Positions 35,768 through 49,189 of a DNA stretch of 55,339 nt are shown one piece after another (position 1 is the first letter of the stretch; the number at the start of each line of letters is the position of its first letter). Origin of the DNA: Aplysia californica. Taxonomy: Eukaryota. The DNA lies in contig NW_004797404.1 of NCBI RefSeq assembly GCF_000002075.1, positions 1,232,775 through 1,288,113 on the forward strand, written 5' to 3'. The translations under genes were made by a program, and so were the position numbers. The notes beneath the pieces were generated by a model. That model had not been told where the DNA came from. It did no database searches and saw only the letters and a program-made list of their open reading frames with translations.

Positions 35768-38700
35768 GTAGGGGATGAGGAGAAGGTGGAAAACAGAAAG
35801 AGAGACGGACGGAGATACATGTACAAGAAACCCCTCCCCTTTCCCCTCTTTTTCTCTCCATCGTCATCACGCTCCTGTAACTATTGAACTACATTTGGCT
35901 AGCTTACTGGCACAGAGATGAGATCAAAATTTGGAGAAAAAAACTGAATCAGAGCTAGTAGTAGGGTAAGCCAGTTAGAGTACATGAAAATACATGTTCA
36001 TTTTTTATTTTCAAACAGCCCCCGCTGTCCTTCAACACATTTTCTCTTACTTATTCGTAGAACCATGGAGCAGAACCAGGCATTGAATGCGCCTGGAACA
36101 CGTGCTGGGATTTGTATGTGGAGAAAAAGGCATCTTATTGGGGACCCGAAAGTGACACCGTGTTTCCGATAGGTCATACTGTAGAGGCTATTGCAAAGAA
36201 TCATCTACAGTACGCACAATCACTGCCCCTCCCCTCCCCTCCCCACTGGACCAATCGTGGAATGCCTAGACTAGAGTCGTTTGTAGATGGTGAAAAATAG
36301 CTCTGACCTACTCGAATGACATTCTGTCACGCAAGGTTCGAGGTGCTTTGAATGTCTTTTTGATGCGTATGAGATTATTAAAATGTATTGAAATGGATGA
36401 GTATAAATCAAAGGATTTCTTATTTTTTTCCGAGAGTCCGATGTCGGAGGTCCATTATAAAGGTATTCGTTTTCGGGTAGAGAGCATTGGATTTATTGTT
36501 CTTTAAAAACAATATCATCGCTATGGTTAATGCTGATCCAATCTCTAAGCTTTGCATTTTTTAAAAAAAGTGTACTTGTTAGCTCTTGCATTTTCATACG
36601 AATAAGCCTGCTCAAGGTTAGCTGACTTTATGAATGAACGCAAAGCACAAACAATGACCAATGTAATACATGTACTGCAAGCTTCACCAGGACTACACTT
36701 GTCAACACTACAACTACTAGTATCTCAAGGCACACAAGAAGTTCATCAAAGACCACTGAACTAATTTTAGATTTTACAAAATAAGGCAAAGAGCTCCAAG
36801 CACTATAAGTATGAGGTTGTGAGCTATCATCATACGATAATCTATATTTAAATTGGTCCAGCATTGGACAAAACATGCAGTGTGCTTTCACTTTACTCGA
36901 TGTGTGNNNNNNNNNNNNNNNNNNNNNNNNNNNNNNNNNNNNNNNNNNNNNNNNNNNNNNNNNNNNNNNNNNNNNNNNNNNNNNNNNNNNNNNNNNNNNN
37001 NNNNNNNNNNNNNNNNNNNNNNNNNNNNNNNNNNNNNNNNNNNNNNNNNNNNNNNNNNNNNNNNNNNNNNNNNNNNNNNNNNNNNNNNNNNNNNNNNNNN
37101 NNACTCCTCACAAAATAATGACACACAACATGGAAACTATAAGGAAAAACACGGGGAATAAACGGGAAATAAAATGTGATTATGAGAGTTAAAACTACTT
37201 CTAAGATCGTACCTGATCGTACCACACATTAGCCTGCACCTTCAAAGAGAGAAAGTCAGATTACTTGCTTTGTGGCCTTGACAAAAATCAAGTGGGGCCA
37301 GAAACAGAATAAATCTTGTCAAATACAAAACCGAATCACATGGTTCTGTCAGAGAAAGGAGTGATGGATAAAAAGAGTCAAACGGTTGTCGAATTGAAAA
37401 AAGAAACAGCGGTGATCATAAAATACTGTTAAAGGTTACATGTGGCGCGGCATTCATCAACGGAGTATTGACGTCATATTATTATTTTTAGCAGCGGGGA
37501 TTCGTTTCGTCAAATGCGACCCAAAATTTGAGAGAAGAGGAGTCCTCATTTCTGCACATGGTTGCTAAACTGCCAAAAATACACATATCCTGATCGTCTT
37601 GATCGTTTAGGGATTTGAAAGAAGAGAAGCTTGGGAGAACAACAATACTAAACATGATAGGTTCATACGGGGACACACGGTAGTTGTCACGGTCAAAATA
37701 TGGGCTTATCTGAATAAAACGCGCCAACTTTTGACAAGGGTGCTTTCTGGAAAAAGCTTATAAATGAAAATTATTGACTTTTTATAATGAAACATCAAGC
37801 GTTATCGATTCTTAAGATATTCAGGTACCAAAAAATGGAGAAAGTTAAAAATCTATTTTTTGACCCAAACATCGGGTTGTGCAGACCCGTGACATATTAA
37901 GTAAGTTGTTCCTTTCATCCTCAAACTGCTAAAATCAGGTTGCATAGCGTTATCATCTTTTTTTTAAAGTGGACGGTCCCGCCAACTTCCTGAAAATAAA
38001 ATCAATATTCAGACTCCCCACCCTGCTCCCTAAATAGTAACAATACGTGGGCATAAATTCCTGACTAAACATAAACATAAGTTTGAATCTTGGATCTGCG
38101 AAACCAAATCAAAGTAATAACTTCCGACTGACTCTTTTTAATTGTGTGAATTTATTTAAAGGAAACATGTACACAATGCTTTTTACATTGTTTTCCTGTT
38201 TTGCTAGTAAGTTGTTTATAATTACGACTATGTTTTATTAAAACAATTGTGGTTATGTTTGTTTAACTTTTCGATATAGGGGGTATATTTTTACTAAAAA
38301 TTTGGACGACTCTGGTGCAGTTTTGACCCGAGTTACTAGGCACAAATGTTTATTCAAAGGAAGCATTACTGCAACTATTTTTCCAGTTGTATCAAAAACC
38401 AGAATGAGAAAGAGACAGAAATAGATAAAGACCAACAAACACGCATAGAGGCTCATGGGTAGACTTGCTGACAGACACGTAAAGATCTGGATAGGCTGAC
38501 AAAAACGACAAAAAACAAAAGAAAAGCAAAGCAAACTAAAAAGTTCGAGACCAATGGTTAAGCAAACGTCATACTCAAGACCGGATCATACATTCAAAGA
38601 ATAAACCGATTCCCTCGAATCTAAATGTAGAGCGTAAAAGAAGGCCCGTAAGCTATAATACAATTAATAATTGCAAATAAAAAAAAAATTACATCTGATT

Positions 38701-39960
38701 CTGTTGTTTGTATTGTTGCTGCAAGCATGCACCTCTATGTCATTCTCATACCCATATTATATTCTGTCTTCAACATTAAAATTTACTCATGTGTAGCAGA
38801 AATCTTTTTTTTTTTTGCGAAAAAAGGGGGCAGATAAAAACAGCGAAATAAATCGACCACGTTGACAGATTGATCAGTATGACCTTTACGCAAATCCTTT
38901 TCCAGGGACAACAATAAAGGGCCAGGACGACAATTTATTGACTGGCAGACAGGCTAATGGTTACTTCGGTTGTGGAAAAAAGACACATTTTTCAATTTCA
39001 TGTGAACCAACTTAAGAACAGGATGTTTTGAGTTTTGATCTTGAAGAGATATAACCCCTTAATTAAATGTAGTCAAACAAATAATTGGTTGTTATTTCCC
39101 TTGAAAAAAATCGCTTGTTTGTAGTATTTTTGCTCATGCGTATTTATTTAATTTTTATTCCAAAAAGGAAGTAATAATATAGGTAAAAGTGTCATAGATA
39201 GCGGGTCAAATTAAACAGATGACTCATTCAAGGTGCAATGTTCTTCTTTAAGGCGTTTTTTTAAAGACAAAGTCTACTCAAACCAAACAACCAACAGATA
39301 GTAGAACACTTGAAACTCAGTGGTTAACAGAAGGTCCCAAGAATCGACCCAGAAACATGCGGCACGGTTATTCAACATTTCCAGCAGCGCATTTGAGCTT
39401 TTCTGGAGAGAAATGTTTGACACATGGAGCACATAATCTAAATAAACACTAGCTTCCCTGGGTTTGTTTTACAATATCAGTTTTATAATAATATAGATTT
39501 TGTAGAATGAAGAGAAACACACACACATACGTCACTGCAGGACCAGACATAACTTTCGTACATTCCACCCGAACAGCTTGGACACTTTCACTGAACTGTT
39601 ACTCATGAAATCAAGTGCTACGTACTATACATGACAACAACAAACCTTAACAATTTGGTCTTAAGGTTAGTCGCCACACACCTCCCCCCAGCACAGGCGT
39701 CTCATGGGATCATTGGTAGCGTGTGGGTGGACGCAACTGACGTCCAGCACGTGACTTGAGTTGTCGGTGATGAACGGCCTCAGTATCTTACTCTCACCCA
39801 GTTCTTTTACGCTCAATAAGGCTGCTGCTTTTTCTTCTTTTGATAAACTATAGGCCTCTATAAGGAAAGACTTAAGTGTGTCGTACTTTTGACTAGAAGG
39901 AGGTGAGGAAATTATGGATAGGATCTTGCTGCTGTAGCTGCATCAAGTGCCGCTACGACG

Positions 39961-42356
39961 TGTAAAGTTAATGGCGGTCCGATGAGTCGGGTCTGTCAGG
40001 GGGCCCCCGTCCAAGACAAATGTTGCCTCGTCGTGGTTCTGAGTCCAACTGAATATCTCAGTGAGTCTCTCAGGCGATCTCCGCCTATTTCCCGCGGAAC
40101 CCTTGACGTCATCCAAGGGCGTGCTACTCCCTTAATTATCTTGTCCCCACAGTAAAGATAAGAGTCATGTCCCCTGACATCACGTCCCCCTAACAAGCAA
40201 TTTCAAGAACAATTACAAAATGCTAAACGCATCAACCAGAAACTGAAAGTATAACTGTGAAACCTTATATACACTGTACACAGCAGAAACTTCGCCTACA
40301 AGTTGAGTCTCTGCAGAGGCCTGACAGGGCGTCCCGACTTCATTATGTAGTCAGAAGTAGTGGAAGTATCATGAAGGGTTGTGTCTGACTCTAGTAACTC
40401 TGCTGGTAATTCTGGCTGATGATGAGGCAACATAGAAGACTCTCTGGGGATAACGAGATGGTTACTGTCGTCGCCTTCCGTCCTCAGCCGGATTTGGTGA
40501 CGATTACGAACCTTCAAACCGTTGTCCGTTTTCAAGAGGTATGATCTGTCTCTAGATCTGTCTACAACCGTAGCCTTGGCATCCCTTGGGGTTTTAACCC
40601 AAACTGGCTGTCCTTTTGACAAGTCTGACATGGGCTTGGCGCAATGTCTTCGATCGTAATCCTGTTGTTGCCTCTGTCCGAAAGCTGCATCAATCTTCCT
40701 GAACACCTGCCTTTCTCCCCCCTTTGGGACCAATTTTTCTGGGAAAATGGGCACTCTTGTCCTAATTTTCCTATCCATTAGAAGTTCTGCTGGGCTCTGT
40801 CCTTGCTGTAAAGGAGTGGAGCGGTAGTTCATGAGAGCCAAGTAAGGATCATCAGACTTACTCAGTAACATTTTGAAAGTTTTGACGGTCTTTCAGCTTC
40901 TCCATTACTCTGAGGATGTAGAGGGCTGCTTCTCAGGTCCGTTAAACCATAGTACTGTAAGATCTTTTGAAACTCGTGTGCAACGAACTGGAATCCATTG
41001 TCTGAGACGACAATTTCAGGAACTCCATATTTAGCAAAAATTGACTTGCATTGTTCTACGACATTTGAAGCAGCAGGCTCTCTTAGATGAGCTATCTCAA
41101 TCCACCTCGAGTAATAGTCTACTATTAGGAGATATGTGTGACCTTTCCACACAAAAAGATCCATACCCACCCTTTGCCAAGGGTAGTCTGGAGTGACCGT
41201 CGGCTTCAATGGTTCTGGGCTGACCCTTCTTTCTTTTTCAGTCTGGACAGTTTGTAACCAAGGTTTCGATTTGCTGTGACAGTGCAGGCCACCATACACT
41301 GCTTCGAGCCAGCGCTCTGCACTTGGCTATCCCCTGGTGTCCTTCGTGAAGACGTTTCAAAATATCCTGTCTTAATATTGTGGGAATAACAATTCGGCAC
41401 TGGTATAGTAGCAAACCTTGTTCCACAGTCAGCTCGTCTCTCTACGTCCAGTATGGCTTCATAACTGGATCGACTTTGGTTGTCGCTGGCCATGAGGACT
41501 GACAGTATTCTTTTAATTTCTTACAGATTTCGTCTGCATCTTGCTGCTCTCTAATTTCTTGCGATTTCTTGTCACTTGTTGGGAATCCTTCCAGGATAGA
41601 TCTGACGTGAAGCTCACACTCTTCTTTTCCCACCCTTGTGCTAAGTTTGTGCCATCTGTTACGTTTAATTTTGATGGAAGGGGTGCGTTGGCTGTGCATT
41701 GCTTCTGCTGATTTTCCCTGTTATGTTTTGCCATTTCTGTTCACCTGATGTGGAACTAGAAATCCAGAATAGATCCACTCAAATAAAAGACTCTAAGTCT
41801 AGAAATCTAGAATCTCCAGACCCAAACAAATAAACAAGTCACAGTTCCAACTCAACACTGTTCATAGTTCAAAACATCTAGATTCTAGTTAATCCAGGCC
41901 TATTACCACATCTAGATAATCTACTTCTATCCAGATCTCTAGTTTATAGCTCCAGAATCTAGATCTAGATCTAAAATCCTTCCCGTTTTCAAACAGTTAA
42001 CTGCCTAAACCTAACTAGTCTAGACCTCTACTCTCACAGAGCACTGATCTGGATAGATAAACTCTAGCACTTCATTGAATTTGGGTGTTTTCTTGAAGTA
42101 GTTGGCTGTTCAGTAGCCACTTCTGACACCATGTACAATTACCTGGCGGTCCGATGAGTCGGGTCTGTCAGGGGGCCCCCGTCCAAGACAAGTGTTGCCT
42201 CGTCATGGTCCTGAGTCCGACTGAATAGCTCAGTGAGTCTCTCAGACGATCTCCGCCTATTTCCCGCGGAACCCTTGACGTCATCCAAGGGCGTGCCACT
42301 CCCTTAATTATCTTGTCCCCACAGTAAAGATAAGAGTCATGTCCCCTGAGATCACA
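39961..42356 (-). mobile_element. Internally deleted Gypsy element (inner; K02A2.6-like integrase)
   Basis: ~225-bp LTRs 42132-42356 and 39961-40184; PBS TGGTGTCAGAAGTGG (tRNA-Leu type); PPT GTTAGGGGGA; TSD ACGACG/ACCACG. Confidence 0.92.
40296..41630 (-). pseudogene. Gypsy integrase region, frameshifted
   Basis: LHEGHQGIAKC...VWWP...C; PWQRVGMDLF; VDYYS; SDNG; HPQSNGEAER; LMNYRSTP. Confidence 0.92.
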
Positions 42357-43124
42357 ACCACGTAGTAGTATTTTGTCTCGTCAGTTGTGATCCCACGCAA
42401 AACAAATTGGGCCTCTGTTTGTGCGAACCACGCGGAAGGACAAGAAATCCAGAACGTAGGAAGTTTGATTGCTACAGTTGCGATTGCCATGAATGTGAGA
42501 AACGTATCACCGTTACTAGATTCTAGGTTATGCTAAATTATATCTAGATTCTCTAGACAAGGTTACCTTAAATCAGGTCGGGGGTCACCAATGTCATTTC
42601 GTACATTCCACCCGAACAGCTTGGACACTTTCACTGAACTGTTACTCGTGAACTCAAGTGCGAAGTACTACACATAACAACAACAAACCTTAACAATTTG
42701 GTCTTAAGGTTAGTCGCCACAATTTGTTCTTTAATGAATAAAATTAAATGCATATTTTTATGGTTGAATTTTTTAAAGGTGTTGCATTTACACAATTTTG
42801 TTTGTAATTTGAAAAAAAAACCCACCCCGATATTTATCAACCCCCAAAATTGATTTTCTTCATATTGACAACTCTGGCGTTATCTTGCTTGAATATTGTT
42901 TGTTCGATATCAGGTGGGATTTGGTGCGAAGATGACCGACTTGTTACACTAAAGATGGGTCCTCACGCCACTCAATATTGTCAGATACCATCTATGCGCA
43001 TTACAATCATCGTAATCATTGACTAACACCGGGACAGGGTATAAGCCGTGTACAACCATTCCAAATTTCTCTATCCTGGATTTGCTTCTTGACAGTATTC
43101 AATTTCTTCAAACTTTTATGTACA

Positions 43125-43163
43125 TCATAATAATAAAAATGATTAATAGTCATCATCATCATC

Positions 43164-43232
<69 letters not shown>

Positions 43233-43418
43233 GTATCAATAACAATAAAATAATAATGATAAAAATAACAATAAAAATAATAATAATAATATTAATTTTT
43301 AAAGTTATTATAATGATAATAATAAGAAGAAAACAATAATTATATCGGTGATAATAATAAGGATAAAAGTATTAATAATAATGATAATAATATTGATGAT
43401 GATAAGATTATTAAAATT

Positions 43419-43507
<89 letters not shown>

Positions 43508-44215
43508 GTATCCTCATAAANNNNNNNNNNNNNNNNNNNNNNNNNNNNNNNNNNNNNNNNNNNNNNNNNNNNNNNNNNNNNNNNNNNNNNNNNNNNNNNN
43601 NNNNNNNNNNNNNNNNNNNNNNNNNNNNNNNNNNNNNNNNNNNNNNNNNNNNNNNNNNNNNNNNNNNNNNNNNNNNNNNNNNNNNNNNNNNNNNNNNNNN
43701 NNNNNNNNNNNNNNNNNNNNNNNNNNNNNNNNNNNNNNNNNNNNNNNNNNNNNNNNNNNNNNNNNNNNNNNNNNNNNNNNNNNNNNNNNNNNNNNTGATT
43801 ATGAACGTAATAAAAAATGATAATAATAATTTTTTTAAAAATAAATGAATAATAATAATGATAATGATAATAATACTAATAATAAAAATATTATTAATAT
43901 TGTTAATAATACTAATACTAATATTGATACTAATTTTACAATTATAATAGAAATAATAGTAATAATGGTAATAATGACGACAATAATAATAACGAGAATT
44001 TTTATCAATAAATGGCATAATCCACAGAAGGCACTTGGCGCAGCAGAAGGCAGAATTAATCTGACAAATCAAAAGGTAGAAAAAGCACATTTTAAGACTA
44101 CATAAGAACACACACACGTACACACACGCGCACACACACAGCCACACACACACACATACAAACACACACGCACACATACACACACACATACACACACACA
44201 CATGCACACACTAAT
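43125..44215. repeat. Compound (AAT)n/(CAT)n/(CA)n low-complexity tract with gap
   Basis: Direct inspection. Confidence 0.9.
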
Positions 44216-45327
44216 ACACAACACTATACATCCAAGCACAAAGGCACATCCAAATACCTATAGACATAACTCTCAGACCCACACTCATTATCACATTTAC
44301 TGGCAGAGGATAGTGTTGAAATAATGTCTTTGAACATGTGTACGATCTTTGTCTGATGTTTTTGCACTTTTCTTTTGAGAGGGAATTGTGTTTCCCGTTG
44401 ATCCCAGTGTTGCTTTGCCAATAAAGGCATGATGTTTTCATTTTTTTTAAAAATATCAATCACGCAGCTCTATTTTGAAACCGTTGCGTTCAATTAATCA
44501 CTTCCAAACTTAAATTTGCACGAGAAAATTGCAATAGTCTAGTCAGTGCGAAAGAAATATTTTGCTCATCTGAACGCTGTACGAGATGTGATGGCAGTAG
44601 AACAGAATTCACTATATAATATGATGTTAGAGTGCATGGTTGAGACTTAAGTTCTATTTATCAAGTCAAGACAAGAGAGAACATTGAGTCCCCAGAGACT
44701 ATGAACCCCAACCGTTCCTGTGTTGTTCATACTTTGCATTAGCTTGGACGCAGTGACCCTGTAAAGATGACAATGCAACGCCTTGCTTCTTAGAGTCGAG
44801 ACGAGAAAACTGGGAACCCTTGGAGATTGTGAACTCTGACCTTTCCTATCTTGATTATAATATTTTCTGTTATCTTGGCTGTGGCGAAACTCGTAAAAAT
44901 GGAAATGGTGACAATATAGCGTCCTACTTCTAGGAGTCTCGTTTCGTACAGCCGTTCCCATTTTAACCTCAAAGGATCACATTTTGGAGAAACAAAAAAA
45001 GAGCGGTATGTGCGTGCTTGGGGGAGGTGTGGGTGTTTCCGTTAATTACTACATTACTACCAAGAGCAGACTAGTGATGAACAAGTTCATGATCCTGAAG
45101 ACTAACCATATCAGCATAATATTTTGTGTTCTCTCCCAGGCAGTAGCTCTTGATTCCTTGTGCATACATACAGATCATTGGGTTCCTCAATATTTTTCAG
45201 GTTGGACTGCCAAGCCACACGAAGCGACGGATGACGTCATCTTCTCCACTGTGGAGAGATTGAGAGACAGAAGGAGTTTTGGAGTTAGTGAATTGGCGAG
45301 CAAATAAACACATGAGTTAGTGAGGGG

Positions 45328-45329
<2 letters not shown>

Positions 45330-45395
<66 letters not shown>
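45330..45395. repeat. (GA)n microsatellite
   Basis: Direct inspection. Confidence 0.9.
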
Positions 45396-45396
<1 letters not shown>

Positions 45397-45661
45397 TCTG
45401 AGTTGGATAGATAGATTAGACAGGAAATGAGAGAGAAACCGTGAGAGACAGAGAAAGAAGGAGAATGAGAGAAAGAGTCTCTGAAGGGAAAGAGATGAGA
45501 TGAGAGAAAAGAAGATGACACCATGATAGAGAAAAAGCCTGAAATGGTAGATCTAAGTTATTATTAATTCACATGCAAATATAAGTAATTAAATAAGTTA
45601 AATATGTGGTTATTAGAACAGGCGGTTAAGAAATAAAGCAAAAAAAATATTCTTTTACGAA

Positions 45662-46028
45662 GTAATAATACATAATAATAATAATAATAATAGATAGCAT
45701 TTTTATAGCGAATATCCCCGCTCAACAGCAGGCTCTATGCGCTTTACACTATATTATTACCCCAGCAGACCATAGAACACTCCGAAACATTCTCAGCTTC
45801 CCGGGAAGCATACAGTGCAAGCAGCCGATTAAGCGCTCAAACACTAACAAACTGACAAGATCTTTCGCTGTCTATAGCCGGGTACCCATTCCCACCTGGG
45901 TGAAGTGAGGGAAATTTGTGTAAAGTGCCTTTCCCAAGGACACAACGTCGGGTCCCTGACAGGATTCGAACCCACGACCTTACGGTTGCGAGTCCGAGAG
46001 CCTAACCACTAGGCTACCGATGCCACTA
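45662..46028 (-). mobile_element. tRNA-derived SINE with Deu/Nin-type core and L2-like tail
   Basis: Minus strand: TAGCCTAGTGG (A box), GGTTCGAATCC (B box), GTTGTGTCCTTGGGAAAGGCACTTTAC, CACCCAGGTGGGAATGGGTACC, GTAAAGCGC...GCTATAAAAATG then (ATT)n. Confidence 0.85.
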
Positions 46029-46365
46029 AGTACTTATAGTTCTCGTTATACATTCCTTTGGAGATGAGCCAGTTGGCATCTGTGTGAGTCGAAGCTACTG
46101 GCAACTGTGAGCTTGAAGCGGGCAGTGCTGAAAAAAGAGACATCACTAAAAGCATTTCTTTTCAAACCGGATAGAGTGAGCCTCAAACAGGTATAAGAAT
46201 CTGGTTCCTTTTTGAAATAGCTGAATTTAGAGGCGTTGTTTCCGCAGAGTAAGAAAAAATCGTGTATTTTTGTGAAGACTCAAAGCTAAATTAGATGCAA
46301 GCGGAATAAAAATTATTGCCGCACTTTACAATCTATGTGCTTTAAAATGTACTTAGACCAGTTAG

Positions 46366-46768
46366 GGGAAACCCCGGGGCGGTGCTTCTGACTGAAGTGT
46401 CTTTAGAACATTCCTAAAAAGGGGTGGGGGGGGGGGCAGTAGAATTGAAATTGTAAATGGGCAGATTCATCAATGTCATGCTCATAACTGTGTCTGAACT
46501 GCAACAAGGAACTGCTGCTTTTTCTATCCTAATCCTTACTATCGTCATTTTCCATTTACTTGTTTTGTATGTTAATCACACTCTTGTGACCCGCTATTTC
46601 TGGGGTGCCTTGATAGTCGAAGCAGATTTCGTGCTGTTGAAGCTAGAGAGGTGAGCAGAGTAAGTCTGATTCCCTGTAAGGACTTCTCTGTTGACATCCA
46701 CCCCTAGGCGCTCAAATGACCTTATACAGTTGCGAGCGCCGTAAAACCTCTACTAAAACAAAAACAGA
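46366..46768 (+). mobile_element. Family B short retroelement, second copy
   Basis: Colinear with 24835-25281; 9-bp TSD ACCAGTTAG at 46357-46365 and 46769-46777. Confidence 0.82.
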
Positions 46769-46782
46769 ACCAGTTAGATGGA

Positions 46783-47275
46783 CGTCGTGGCCTAGAGGTT
46801 AAAATATTTGCCTCTCATTCAAAGGTCCCGGGTTCGAATTTGGGTAACGACGGAAACATTTTCTTCTCTTAAATTGTCTTCTTTCATCTCCTTTCATGCT
46901 CTCTTGCAATATTCTGTCGTCTGCTTTCGTCTCCACTTTCTGCTCCCGCCCCCTCACCTCATTTGCCCCCTCCTCTGGACTTCTGACCCTTTCTGAAGAC
47001 TTTCTATTGCTACTCCTTGGCTCCTTACTGCTGCTGTCTTTCAGCCACACCGCTAACCTTTTGGTAGGAAAGATCTACACCTAGCCTTCTCGGATAAGGG
47101 TGAAAAATGTCCTAGGTCCCATGTGCAAGTTGCGCAGGTAAAAAATCCCTTGGTGGTCTAAAATGATAAGAATAGGCTTCGGCCGCCACTCGGGCAAAAT
47201 TCAAAATTTCTTACCAACTGAAAATGTTTGATGTATTCTGCGCGCTCATATGACCTTAAAACACTTACCGAAACA
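46783..47275 (+). mobile_element. SINE family A copy
   Basis: TGGCCTAGAGG, GGTTCGAATT, body and partly deleted tail. Confidence 0.9.
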
Positions 47276-47587
47276 AACTGATCGGTTAGCAAAAAAGGGA
47301 GGAGACACAAAGATTTACATTTCATTGTCGCGTCTCTGGGTTAAAAAAAAATGAAATTGTCAATGTAAATAAGTTAAATATTTTTTTCTTTTCGGATGTT
47401 CGCTTTAATAACATTCTGCTTTTCTGACCGTTCCCTTCATTTAACCTGACTCTTGCACCTCAAATTACAAGCACCATCACTATCTTAGCCGCCCTTTACG
47501 TTTCCCCCTCTTTCTCCCCCCCCCTCTCTCTCTCTCCCTCTGTATCTCTTCCTCTCTCTCTCTTTCTCTCCCTTTCACAGTCTCTCT

Positions 47588-48080
47588 GGGGGGCTCTCGT
47601 GGCCTAGAGGTTAAGGTGTTGGGCTCTCATTCAAAAGGTCCCAGGTTCGAATCCGGGTAGCGACCGAAAAATTTTCTTCTCTAAATTTGTCTCCTTTCAC
47701 CTCCTTTTCTACTCTCTAGCAATGTTCTGTCGTCTGCTTTGGTCTCTCCTCTGGGCTCCTAATTCTTTCTGCAGGCTTTCTACTGCTACTCATTGGCTTC
47801 TTCTTACAGCTGTCTTTCAGCCACACCCCTGATCTTCTGGTAGAAAATATCTACACCTAGCCTTCTCGGACAAGGGCGAAAAATCTCGGAGGTCCCGTGT
47901 GCAAGTTGTGCACGTTAAAGATTCCTTGGTGGTCTAAAATCGATAAGAGTAGGCTTCGGCCGCCACCCGGGCAAAATTCTAAATTTCTTACCAACTGAAA
48001 AAGTTTAGTGTGTCCCGCGCGCTCATATGACCTTATACAGTTGCGAGCGCCGTAAAACACTTACCAAAAAACCCAAAAAA
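47588..48080 (+). mobile_element. SINE family A copy
   Basis: A/B boxes; 11-bp TSD ACAGTCTCTCT at 47577-47587 and 48081-48091. Confidence 0.92.
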
Positions 48081-49189
48081 ACAGTCTCTCTTTCTATTTT
48101 TCTCTCTCTTTCTATTTGTTTGTTTCAATAAGTNNNNNNNNNNNNNNNNNNNNNNNNNNNNNNNNNNNNNNNNNNNNNNNNNNNNNNNNNNNNNNNNNNN
48201 NNNNNNNNNNNNNNNNNNNNNNNNNNNNNNNNNNNNNNNNNNNNNNNNNNNNNNNNNNNNNNNNNNNNNNNNNNNNNNNNNNNCCCGTCACTCAATTTTG
48301 TGTGTTTGTCTGTATGTCTGTCTTTCTTNNNNNNNNNNNNNNNNNNNNNNNNNNNNNNNNNNNNNNNNNNNNNNNNNNNNNNNNNNNNNNNNNNNNNNNN
48401 NNNNNNNNNNNNNNNNNNNNNNNNNNNNNNNNNNNNNNNNNNNNNNNNNNNNNNNNNNNNNNNNNNNNNNNNNNNNNNNNNNNNNNNCACGCAGTAAACA
48501 CCATTAAAACGCAACTTAAAAATTATTTTTTTCAAAAAAGCCAAATGCGCTCTGATGGTCACGATTTCTGAACACACAAGTGAACATTTTTGGTTCGCAC
48601 ACCCATGCACGATTTCCGTGAGGTTTAAAAAAAAAATCTAAGCACAATAAACTATGCTGTAATAAAAATGAATTCATTGGTTGCTATATTACAAACTTTA
48701 AAAAAGAATAGTTACCTTGAAGTTCACCCGTAGCTCTTTCCAAACAAAAATCCTAGCTTTTTAATTTAATTTTTTTAAAATTTATTTCATTACAAGACTC
48801 CTCAACTCAATGAATCTGATTTGCAACTTTCACTTCCGTCGTGTTCAAGGCGGAAAATCTGCATGAGAAGCTGCAGTACGGCTAACATGCAGTGTTCGTA
48901 TTGTTCTCGACTTATACAAAGATTTTAGCACTCTTGAAATTGAAAAGTCCAAGATGAACAGGAAATATAACAGCTTCGATGACCAGCAATGTTCAAGAGT
49001 CAGATTTTGCTGTCACGTCTTCGAAATAGTTTAGGTTGCTGAAAAGAAACAGCTCAACGTATGCAAGGAGTGCGTGAAAATGTTTCTTTCATCAGTGTGA
49101 AGCACCGGGTAGTAAGTTCAGGACTTTGATCAAGAACGCCTTATTTAGGATATCAATTATCGAAAATCTAGCCTCCAAATATCCAACCC

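Larger units (their letters stand above)
39549..42721 (-). mobile_element. Internally deleted Gypsy element (outer, TRIM-like) carrying a nested insertion
   Basis: 130-bp LTRs 42592-42721 and 39549-39678; PBS (Trp type) 42576-42590; PPT 39681-39690; gag MAIATVAIKLPTFW...KYYYV (42357-42490) resumes VVAALDAATA...KYDTLKSFL (39790-39960); no pol. Confidence 0.9.

Noticed and set aside
39975-40022. Hammerhead-like CCGATGAGTC...GACAAA in the inner Gypsy LTR
   Set aside because: The core deviates from CUGANGA/GAAA in both LTR copies and stems I and III cannot be formed.
43019-44207. Long poly-N/I/M ORFs, and other ORFs crossing N gaps or (CA)/(GA) tracts
   Set aside because: Translation artefacts of microsatellites and assembly gaps.
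44690-44760. Minus-strand TTTACAG followed by GHCVQANAKY (lipocalin-like?)
   Set aside because: Very short, stops quickly, no partner exons.
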